NCBI GenBank assembly: GCA_026770705.1
Contig: JANJGN010000013.1
Span: 98,642,001 to 98,706,000, forward strand
Length of the DNA: 64,000 nucleotides
Direction of reading: 5' to 3'
Source of the DNA: Isurus oxyrinchus
Taxonomy: Eukaryota
In this document: positions 1 to 10,309 of the stretch, in pieces
Position numbering within the stretch: the stretch's first letter is position 1
Layout of the letters: every line of letters starts with the position of its first letter
Position numbers and translations under genes: made by a program
The notes under the pieces: generated by a model
What the model saw: only the letters and a program-made list of their open reading frames with translations
The model's database searches: none
What the model was told of the DNA's origin: nothing

Positions 1-2076
1 TGTCAACGACCATGGGTGGAAGACCTCGGTTAAGGAAGAAGGAGGACATGTCAGAGGAACTATTTTTGAAGGTAGCATCATTGGAACAGATGCGACGGAG
101 GCGAAGGAACTGAGAGAATGGGATGGAGTCCTTACAGGAAGCGGGGTGTGAGGAGCTGTAGTCGAGGTAGCTGTGGGAGTCGGTGGGTTTGTAATGGATA
201 TTGGTGGACAGTCTATCACCAGAGATTGAGACAGAGAGGTCAAGGAAGGGAAGGGAAGTGTCAGAGATGGACCACGTGAAAATAATGGAGGGGTGGAGAT
301 TGGAAGCAAAATTAATAAATTTTTCCAAGTGCTGACGAGAGCACGAAGCAGCACCGAAGTAATCATCGATGTACCGGAGAAAGAGTTGTGGAAGGGGGCC
401 GGAGTAGGACTGGAACAAGGAATGTTCCACATACCCCATAAAGAGACAGGCATAGCTGGGGTCCATGCGGGTACCCATAGCCACACCTTTTATTTGGAGG
501 AAGTGAGAGGAGTTGAAGGAGAAATTGTTCAGCGTGAGAACAAGTTCAGCCAGACGGAGGAGAGTAGTGGTAGATGGGGATTGTCCGGGCCTCTGTTCGA
601 GGAAGAAGCTAAGGGTCCTTAGACCATCCTGGTGGGGGATGGAGGTGTAGAGGGATTGGACGTCCATGGTGAAGAGGAAGCGGTTGGTGCCAGGGAACTG
701 GAAATTGTTGATGTGACGTAAGGTGTCAGAGGAATCACGGATGTAGGTGGGAAGGGACTGGACAAGGGGAGAGAGAAGGGAGTCAAGATAACGAGAAATG
801 AGTTCTGTAGGGCAGGAGCAAGCTGAGACGATCGGTCTACCGGGGCAGTTCTGTTTGTGGATTTTGGGTAGGAGATAGAAGCGGGCCATCTGAGGTTGGG
901 CGACTATCAGGTTGGAAGCTGTGGGAGGAAGATCCCCAGAGGAGATGAGGTCAGTGACAGTCCTGGAAACAATGGCTTGATGTTCAGTGGTGGGGTCATG
1001 GTCCAGGGAGAGGTAGGAGGAAGTGTCTGCGAGTTGACACTCAGCTTCCGCGAGGTAGAGGTCAGTGCGCCAGACAACAACAGCACCACCCTTGTCAGCG
1101 GGTTTGATGACAATGTCAGGGTTGGACCTGAGAGAATGGAGTGCAGTAAGTTCAGAGAGAGACAGGTTAGAATGGGTGAGAGGAGCAGAGAAATTGAGAC
1201 GACTAATGTCGCGCCGACAGTTCTCAATGAAAAGATCAAGAGAAGGTAAGAATCCAGAGGGAGGGGTGCAGGTGGAGGGAGAATATTGGAGGTGGGTGAA
1301 AGGATCCGTTGAATGGGGAGAGGACTCCTGCCCAAAAAAGTGAGCCCGGAGACGAAGACGGCGAAAGAAGAGTTCAGCATCATGCCGAGCCCGAAATTCA
1401 TTGAGGTGAGGGCGTAAGGGTATGAAACTAAGTCCTTTGCTGAGCACTGAACGTTCAGCATCGGAGAGGGGAAGGTCGGGGGGTATAGTGAATACACGGC
1501 TGGGGCTGGGATTGGAAGATGGGGTGGGAACGGAGGGACAGGCAGGGGTGGAGGGTCCTAGATGGGTGTTGGTGTCGATGAGTTGTTGGAGCTTGCGTTC
1601 CTTAGCACTTGAGAGAAAGAGAAAAAATTTCTTGTTGAGGCGTCGGATGAGCCGAAGAATAAAATGAAACTGGGGGCACGCGTACGGCGGTGCTGCTGGA
1701 GGGAGAGGTCGAGTGTGTTCATATGGCGGTGCATGGCACTGAGTGTGGATTTCAGAATGTGACGGGAACAGCAGTCCGAGAAACGTTTTATGTCCCGGAG
1801 ATACCTGTAATCCTGGGTGGGTTCGAAACATGAGGGGTGGAATTTCAGTTGAAATCCACGTGGGGTAAGTCGGAGACGGAGACAGTCACTGAGAAAGGAG
1901 ATATGGCTGTGAAAGCGGGTTTTAGTAAACACCTTGTCAAACACCAGCAGGGAAATGGAAAGCAACGAAGGTGAGCAAAGCAAAGGAGAGGTACGGAAAT
2001 CTTGTCTCAGAGAAGAACAGAACTTCTTCAAGGAGGTAGGCATTTCTTGAAGAGCAGTGGCAGTCAATTAAACACA
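1..2076 (-). mobile_element. Penelope-like retroelement body (N-terminus + reverse transcriptase), runs off the left edge
   Basis: Minus-strand translation gives HISFLSDCLRLRLTPRGFQLK, LSKGLSFIP (1444), KPADKGGAVVV (1105), MDVQSLYTSI (667), GVAMGT, RYIDD (373) and PFLDL. The four positioned motifs share one frame. A frameshift near 1680 separates them from the N-terminal ORF 1558-2067. Confidence 0.93.
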
Positions 2077-3611
2077 GATAAAAACAAAAAAACTGCAAAT
2101 GCTGGAAATCCAAAACAAAAACAGAATTACCTGGAAAAACTCAACAGGTCTGGCAGCATCGGCGGAGAAGAAAAGAGTTGATGTTTCGAGTCCTCATGAC
2201 CCTTCGACAGAACTTGAGTTCGAGTCCAAGAAAGAGTTGAAATATAAGCTGGTTTAGGGTTGGGGGCGTGGGGTTGGGGGGGGGGGGGGGGGGGCGGCGG
2301 AGAGAGAGAGAGAGAGAGAAGTGGAGGGGGCTGGTGTGGTTGTAGGGACAAACTAGCAGTGATAGAAGCAGATCATCAAAAGATGTCACCAACAATAGAA
2401 CAAAAGAACACATAGGTGTTAAAGTTGGTGATATTATCTAAACGAATGTGCTAATTAAAAATGGATGGTAGGGCACTCAAGGTATAGCTCTAGTGGGGGT
2501 GGGGAGAGCATAAAAGATCTAAAAATATTTAAAAATAATGGAAATAGGTGGGAAAAGAAAAATCTATATAATTTATTGGAAAAAAAAAACAAAAGGAAGG
2601 GGGAAACAGAAAGGGGGTGGGGATGGGGGAGGGAGCTCAAGACCTAAAGTTGTTGAATTCAATATTCAGTCTGGAAGGCTGAAGTTGAGGTGTCGGAAGA
2701 TGAGGTGTTGTTCCTCCAGTTTGCATTGGACTTCACTGGAACAATGCAGCAAGCCAAGGACAGACATGTGGGCAAGAGAGCAGGGTGGAGTGTTAAAATG
2801 GCAAGCGACAGGGAGGTTTGGGTCATTCTTGCGGACAGACCGCAGGTGTTCTGCAAAGCGGTCGCCCAGTTTATGTTTGGTCTCTCCAATGTAGAGGAGA
2901 CCACATTGGGAGCAACAAATGCAGTAGACTAAGTTGGGGGAAATGCAAGTGAAATGCTGCTTCACTTGAAAGGAGTGTTTGGGCCCTTGGATGGTGAACA
3001 GAGAGGAAGTGAAGAGGCAGGTGTTGCATCTTTTGCGTGGTTATGGGGTGGTGCCATAGGAGGGTGTTGAGGAGCAGGGGATGATGGAGGAGTGGACCAG
3101 GGTGTCCCGGAGGGAGCGATCCCTACGGAATGCCAATAGGGGGGATGAAGGGAAGATGTGTTTGGTGGTGGCATCATGCTGGAGTTGGCGGAAATGGCGG
3201 AGGATGATCCTTTGAATGCAGAGGCTGGTGGGGTGATAAGTGAGGACAAGGGGGACCCTATCATGTTTCTGGGAGGGAGGAGAAGGCATGAGGGCGGATG
3301 CGCGGGAGATGGGCCAGACACGGTTGAGGGCCCTGTCAACGACCGTGGGTGGAAGACCTCGGTTAAGGAAGAAGGAGGACATGTCAGAGGAACTATTTTT
3401 GAAGGTAGCATCATTGGAACAGATGCGACGGAGGCGAAGGAACTGAGAGAATGGGATGGAGTCCTTACAGGAAGCGGGGTGTGAGGAGCTGTAGTCGAGG
3501 TAGCTGTGGGAGTCGGTGGGTTTGTAATGGATATTGGTGGACAGTCTATCACCAGAGATTGAGACAGAGAGGTCAAGGAAGGGAAGGGAAGTGTCAGAGA
3601 TGGACCACGTG
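2077..3611 (-). mobile_element. 5'-truncated upstream tandem copy of the same PLE (pseudo-LTR): RT thumb, GIY-YIG endonuclease, 3' UTR
   Basis: 3335-3611 is nearly identical to 1-277. ORFs 3041-3622 (PFLDL..YKPTDSHSYL) and 2666-2965 (NLVYCICCSQCGLLYIGET..RFAEH, GIY-YIG). Ends in the family 3' terminus ...ccagcatttgcagtttttttgttttt directly abutting the next unit. Confidence 0.92.
2176..2214 (-). ncRNA. Minimal type I hammerhead ribozyme motif (variant core) in PLE 3' end
   Basis: Minus strand: agtt-CTGTCGA-a-GGGTC-atgag-GACTC-GAAA-ca-TC-aact. Stem I agtt/aact, stem II gggtc/gactc. Confidence 0.7.
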
Positions 3612-3984
3612 TATTCTTGCACTTCCTTTTAAAGAGAAATATTTGACAAAAGGCGATCTTCCCCATAGAATAAACACTAAGCAAGTTGTTTGCTTGTCCA
3701 GGTAATCAAAAAACACTTCACACCCATTTTTTGGAAAGGATTTTTCTATCTCTGTCTGTCTGTCTGTAAAAATAGATTTGAGCTGAGAGGGAGGATTTTC
3801 AGAGAGGTAGTTTACAAAGCTGGTCAGGCTTACTAAAGGGAAAGCTGTGAGGGCCTGCATACAGGTAAATAAGTTAGAAATGCCAGAGGAAAGTTAGGTG
3901 ATCTCTCATTTGTGTCAAGTAAAATGACCCATTGGGAAGGGGTGGTACACTCTTTATTTTGTATCATTACACAAACAGACAACC

Positions 3985-4125
3985 TCATGAAGGTAGCTCA
4001 GAAGGTCAAGAGCAAAAATGGCTTGCTAAATAAGTCTGCAGGTTCAACCTGGGGAGATAATATGCAAATGTTATGCAGCTCGGCTCAAATTCTCTGTTAC
4101 TCAGTTGGAGTATGCTCTGTTGCTG
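3985..4125 (+). mobile_element. Degenerate Vingi/Ingi-like (I-group) LINE RT C-terminal fragment
   Basis: ORF 3912-4178 contains KVAQKVKSKNGLLNKSAGSTWGDNMQMLCSSAQILCYSV, resembling the KLAGxTWGA..LRTSALALCYS motif. Confidence 0.6.
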
Positions 4126-4509
4126 TGCACTACCTCTTCAGGAAACACCTTCTTCATTGCCAGCCTGATGAGAAATAGTTTTGCTTCCAGCTACCATTTC
4201 ACCTCTAGTCCAAATTTTAGGTGTAGTAAGATGTGTGGAAAATGAACACACCTGAAGCTGGAGGAACAGTCCTCTGTGCAGCTGCTGTGCTGGTGAGGAT
4301 CACTGTACATCTACTGAATGGCTGCTCACTTCATGCTGGTCTACCAAAAGAACTTTCTGAACTGCACATTGCAGGCACTAAACGATTAAAATATGTATTA
4401 CGCTAACCAAGCCCCTTGACACTTCTGACCTTTGTGAATTTATCATTTGTATTTTCAGCTTTCCAATCTTTATTGTATCACTTGTGCATTTGCAAGTAAT
4501 AATTATAAT

Positions 4510-4636
4510 CGAAGGGTCATGAGGACTCGAAACATCAACTCTTTTCTTCTCCGCCGATGCTGCCAGACCTGCTGAGTTTTGCCAGGTAATTCTGTTTTTG
4601 TTTTGGATTTCCAGCATCCGCAGTTTTTTTGTTTTT
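4510..4636 (+). mobile_element. Mini-PLE: 127-bp 3'-end insertion with hammerhead stem II
   Basis: Reverse complement of 2080-2206. 11-bp TSD ataattataat at 4499-4509 and 4637-4647. Confidence 0.92.
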
Positions 4637-5269
4637 ATAATTATAATGGAATGGAGTTGGAAATACGTTCTCACTGAATTCCAGGCAAAACTTTCAATAA
4701 ACCGTGCACAGAAAGCTCTTTAATGGACAGTAATGTTACTCTTCTGTTATGTAAAAGGTCATCTGACCTAATTATAAATACTAGCGTGCAACCATAGAGA
4801 GAATATTTTAAACACTTTCCTGTCGAATATCCCTTCATTTGTTAAATAATTCATTTTCTTTCTTTGCAGTTTTGCACACACATAGTTTATCACTGTTTTA
4901 ATCCCAGACAATCAGCACTAGGTCAGAATGATTTATTACCACAGTCCTAAAGATTAAAAAATAGACAAAATAGCTATTTGAAACAGGGTCATATAGCCAA
5001 TTTTCAGAGCAAAATTTAAATGAAAGTCAAAAATGTCTGCATCTCTACCAGTTGCATTCCATGGATTAAAATCTATTGCCATGCACATGCAGAAAGAATT
5101 TGTGCAATCATTTGTAATTTAATCAATTTACTAAAGAAAATAAGAAACATAAAGAATTAATGAAGGTTTAACAGTCAATATATTGAAATTATCCACTAAT
5201 CCTGAATTTATTCATTATAAACTTCAAAAGGACAAAAAATTCAAACCCCACTAGTGCAGTTTAATTTAT

Positions 5270-5471
5270 GAACAGAGGAATTAGGAACAACCCCTTAAGC
5301 CTGCTCCGCCATTTAATAAGATCATGGCTGATCTGGTTGTAACCTCAACTCCACATTTCCACCTACCCCCAGTTTCACCCACTTGCTTATCAAGAACCTA
5401 TCTATCTCTGCCGTAAGATTATTCAAAGACTCTGCTTCCACCACCCTCTGAGTACGAGAGTTCCAAAGACT
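5270..5471 (-). mobile_element. CR1 LINE 3'-end fragment
   Basis: Reverse complement resembles the CR1 3' UTR at 60090-60170 (tcagccatgatctta..aatggcggagcag). Confidence 0.7.
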
Positions 5472-7005
5472 ATTTATCAGACTAGCTTATTGTTCAAAGT
5501 ACAATTTCTTCTCTTTCACATGGCTAGAGTTGTGTGTTGTCTGGGGCAGCGTGACTATCAAGTGTCTTCAGTCTTTAAATTTATTGCATTCTACTATATC
5601 AGCAATATTTGAGAGAGCCACATCACAGAATGTTGCTAATGTGCTTTTGGGTTGTTTTTGACCATTTTCTACTGAAAGGATGGCAAAGAGTCACTTTCAG
5701 GGCTGAAAATCAACTTTGTGAGGGATACAAAATTGTTAATTGCCAATCAGAGGCCCATAATTTTCTTTCCAAATTGGATGGAGCGTATAAAATGTAACCA
5801 ATTCACTATCACCCATTACATACGATCATCAAAGTTGAATTGCACACTCCTAATTATTTCATTAGCCAAGTATATTTTTAAGGGACATTGCATAAAAGAT
5901 GCTGAGATCATGAATGAGTCAGATTTTCTCCAATTGAACATCTGTAAAGCCAAAGCCACTATTTTCAGTCATTCTTTTGCTAATGACCTTGTCTCCCATC
6001 CCCAGACTCCATCAACTGATGTTCTATTCAAGCCTAGAGCTGAGTTCCAACTTCATGTGCTATCAATCACCAAGCCTCTTGCTTCGACCTATGTATTGCA
6101 CACCTTCATCCCTACCTCAGCTCCAACACTACTGAAACTGTACTTTTATCACCTCCAAGCTCAATTTCTACTAGTGATTTAAAACATTCTGGCAAAGGGG
6201 TCCTTTTCACCAATTAATGCCATGAGATGCTGGGTGAGTTCAGCACGTAGAGAGTCAAGCATTGGCACATATCAGAATTGGTAAAAGATCCCACAATTGT
6301 AACTTATTCATTCTTTTAAATTGCCTTGACCTGCACTCCTAATGCCAACAGTGAAACTCAGCCCAACATGGTGCGTGGTGAACATCTGGCTGGAAATGCA
6401 TGCACACTGTCTGCCTACCATATCATAGGCTTAAGGAACCAGTTAGTGCCCATAAGACAGAGCATTATCAAATTTCTAGGCCACTACCTTACGTGAGTAA
6501 AACTTCTCTGCATCACTGTATTAATGCATGCACTCAATGATTAAGTAGGTATTTCCAGTAATAATATTTCAGAACTTTTATTGGGTGGGTGTTATTAACA
6601 AGTTTTTGGTAATATATTAAAAAAACATTTTTTTCAGTTTCTCTTCAGTCTTTTTATAAATAACTATTTGTGAAAATTTGCTAAAATAAATGCTATTACT
6701 GTGAAAGTGACAGTTTTTTGTACGTTACCTCTTTCCTGTTTTTCTCTCCTGCCCACATGACACGTTTTCCCATGGTTGAGAAAACACAAATTGGCTAATG
6801 TCACTCTGTAAACTTGTCACTCAGGGTTGCATGAGGGATGATTCCCTTCCCTCAACAGTCTCCCTCTTTTTTATATACAGCAAAGCTATAACGGTGTGAG
6901 TCAGACTTTTGAAAGATAATCGCAAACCACAGAGCAGCCCTCGTTGCGAGTTCACAATGGCTAGCTAAAACTTGTGATTGCCAAGTATATTTACACATAT
7001 GTGTA

Positions 7006-7027
7006 AACACACACACACACGCACACA
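7006..7027. repeat. (CA)n microsatellite
   Basis: aacacacacacacacgcacaca. Confidence 0.85.
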
Positions 7028-7205
7028 ACTAGAATACACACAGATATCTTTGATCAAATAAGTCTATTATAATTTCCTGTGTTCTTTTTGTTTCCTTTTC
7101 TTCACGCTTTCTGTTTTCCTCTGTTTCGTATACCTCATTCATGCTCTTCAGTCAAAGTCCACAACAAGAGGAAGAGCAATAATTTCAAATTCTGAAAATC
7201 AAGCA

Positions 7206-7425
7206 GGACACATAAAGGGATAAATACTGGGCAGGAAACCGGGGAAACCTTCTCTACTCTTCTTTGGAACAGAGCCATTGAATCTTTTATGGCCACCTCA
7301 GAGAGGGGACAGGCCCACATTTTAACACTTCAACTGAAGGATGGCACCTCTGATAGTGCACCACTCCTTCAGTACTGCACTGGAGTGTCAGACCAGATGT
7401 TTATGCTCAGGTTTCTGGAGTAGGA
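7206..7425 (-). mobile_element. DeuSINE-like (SacSINE1/AmnSINE1-related) SINE fragment
   Basis: gatggcacctctgatagtgcaccactccttcagtactgcactggagtgtcag and gccattgaatcttttatggccacctcagagagg resemble the Deu-domain SINE body recalled from shark repeats. Confidence 0.65.
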
Positions 7426-8072
7426 AATAATCTGATCAGTTAAATAAATATGGTACTGGGATTCCACACTGGAGCTTCGCTAAACAGCGCAGTAGTTATG
7501 GAATCAACCTTGTAATCCTATTGCCCTGTCTCAGTCCAGCAAGGCACATTATGTCAGCAAAGCCTCACAGCTTTGAGCCCATATGCATAAAATATACCAA
7601 CTTGCTCATTTTTCTCATTAAAAAAATCATTTTGTTTCGCTTTTTTCTCAACTTTCTTTCCTTCTTCCTTTCTACAGATATTACACCTTTTGTTTTAAGT
7701 CTATGTTAATATACATTTAAAAGCCAAAAAATTGTGAGCTACCCTCAAAGTACCAAATTTTCAGTAAAAGTAATCATCAGACCTCTACTAAATAGGGGTT
7801 ATTGGTAATTCAGCCATCAATTTTTGATCTGGTGTATGGAAACCCCCATTAGCATCTATTCCACATATTTCTAATACTAAGTAATGTCTTGCCAAACAGT
7901 AATTGAAGGATACCAAAAAATGTTGCTCCTTTTTTCATGAACAATACATCAACATTAGTCAGAATAAGAATATATCAATAATTGAATGCTCTAAACCAAT
8001 CTAATGACAAGGTGTAAATCTCACACTACTCCTCTCCAGCATACTGCTTGGAATGGGGATAGGTGGAAAGAT

Positions 8073-9150
8073 AAAAACAAAACTGCGGATGCTGGAAATC
8101 CAAAACAAAAACAGAATTACCTGGAAAAACTCAGCAGGTCTGGCAGCATCGGCGGAGAAGAAAAGAGTTGACGTTTCGAGTCCTCATGACCCTTCGACAG
8201 AACTTGATTTCGAGTCCAAGAAAGAGTTGAAATATAAGCTGGTTTAAGGTGTGTGTGTGGGGGGGCGGAGAGATAGAGAGAGAGAGAGGTGCTTGTGTAG
8301 ACAAACAAGCAGTGATAGAAGCAGATCATCAAAAGATGTCAGCAACAATGGTACAAAAGAACACATAGGTGTTAAAGTTAAAGTTGGTGATATTATCTAA
8401 ACGAATGTGCTAATTAAGAATGGATGGTAGGGCACTCAAGGTACAGCTCTAGTGGGGGTGGGGGGAGCATAAAAGATTTTAAAATATTTAAAAATAATGG
8501 AAATAGGTGGGAAAAGAAAAATCTATATAATTTATAGGGAAGAGAAAAAAAGGGAAAAAGGGGGAAACAGAAAGGGGGTGGGGATGGGGGAGGGAGCTCA
8601 CGACCTAAAGTTGTTGAACTCAATATTCAGACCGGAAGGCTGTAAGGTGCCTAGTCGGAAGATGAGGTGTTGTTCCTCCAGTTTGCGTTGGGCTTCACTG
8701 GAACAATGCAGCAAGCCAAGGACAGACATGTGGGCAAGACAGCAGGGTGGAGTGTTAAAATGGCAAGCGACAGGGAGGTTTGGATCATTCTTGCGGACAG
8801 ACCGCAGGTGTTCTGCAAAGCGGTCACCCAGTTTACGTTTGGTCTCTCCAATGTAGAGGAGACCACATTGGGAGCAACAAATGCAGTAGACTAAGTTGGG
8901 GGAAATGCAAGTGAAATGCTGCTTCACTTGAAAGGAATGTTTGGGCCCTTGGACAGTGAGGAGAGAGGAAGTGAAGGGGCAGGTGTTACATCTTTTGCGT
9001 GGGCATGGGGTGGTGCCATAGGAGGGGGTTGAGGAGTAGGGGGTGATGGAGGAGTGGACCAGGGTGTCCCGGAGGGAACGATCCCTACGGAATGCCGATA
9101 AGGGGGGTGAAGGGAAGATGTGTTTGGTGGTGGCATCATGCTGGAGTTGG
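8073..9150 (-). mobile_element. 5'-truncated PLE with intact GIY-YIG frame and hammerhead motif
   Basis: Highly similar to 2080-3190. ORF 8598-9239 has CPRKRCNTC and NLVYCICCSQCGLLYIGET..GLNIEF. TSD tggaaagat at 8064-8072 and 9148-9156. Confidence 0.93.
8166..8204 (-). ncRNA. Minimal type I hammerhead ribozyme motif (variant core, palindromic ACGT stem III)
   Basis: Minus strand: agtt-CTGTCGA-a-GGGTC-atgag-GACTC-GAAA-cg-TC-aact. Confidence 0.72.
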
Positions 9151-10309
9151 AAAGATGTTTGAAGTACCAATTCACTGGTCATTAAAATGGAGTTATAACA
9201 GGAACAACTGGCGAAACAGGGAAGTTTGATGAGGTTCAATTAAGTGACAAACATGGTTACTTATTTCAGTAATTTATTTTATGAGCTTAGTACATTAAAT
9301 TAACAAAATTATGCTACATTATTTTAGTGTGTAAAAAGCACATGATTGACCATGGTTATATCACCTTGCCGTTTACACTTGCTTTTAGTCATATGACAAT
9401 ATTATTAATTTCCCACAAAAACATGCTCCTCAGGGCCACCCAGGGACCAAAGTGACCTGAACCTGCAACTGCTGGCTGGCCTTCGGCATAGCAAAACTGA
9501 ATGGCAAATTTTGACATAACAATTCATATGTGGACATTTTGACTCAAACAATCAGGACAACAGAAAGCAAGATTTCATCATTATGCTGTTATGTTGGGGA
9601 AGTCAGGGTTCCAAACATGAAACTAGATGGAATCTTGTTGCCTGGTCTCCCACCACCATTTTGTTTTTGAAGATTGGAAAAAGCTGTCACAGTTCTTTTC
9701 AAATTGGAGAATATGAATGAAAGTCTAGCAAGCCACCAGCATTTGTATTATCTGCAAAAGCGTACGAGTTTTTGGTGGGGCTTTGTGGTAGCTACCTTTA
9801 TGATAAAACCAATGCTTGAAGCTGCTTCTAGCATTAGGTCACCCTAATAATAATTGCAGGGGAGCAGCAAAAGGAAACAGATTCAGGTTAAAGCAGGGAG
9901 AATCTGCCTCTTGTGATTCATGTATTGGTTACAGCTTATCACTTTAAATTATGTTTTGTGTCTGGTATGAGGTAGGGCCTCAGTTATCTTGCTACCTCAC
10001 AACCCCCAAAAAATCATATAAGGATTTGTCCAAAATTGATAGTTCTGAGCAGAACATAAGTAAGAGCCTTTGGCATAGAAATAGCCCAATGATATGATCA
10101 ATAATCTGATTAATAAACAGTAATAAATTCTCAAATTAAAAGGAAGGCCTGGCAGCCTCCTGTAGGCTGCTCACAATGGCCACTTCCAGGTCACACCACA
10201 GAGGGTCGGCTGAGCAGGGCACACCGGAGGGAGGGGCAGAGGAGCAGGGCAGGCTGCAGGATCTGCCACAGGAGCAGGACAGGCTGCAGGGTAGGCCAGC
10301 AGGGAGCTA

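Noticed and set aside
293-1667. Several plus-strand and alternate-frame ORFs over the PLE
   Set aside because: Antisense or off-frame readings of the PLE RT ORF.
6700-7600. Possible conserved non-coding enhancers in non-repetitive stretches (also about 22900-23150 and 27600-27900)
   Set aside because: Cannot be supported without cross-species alignment.
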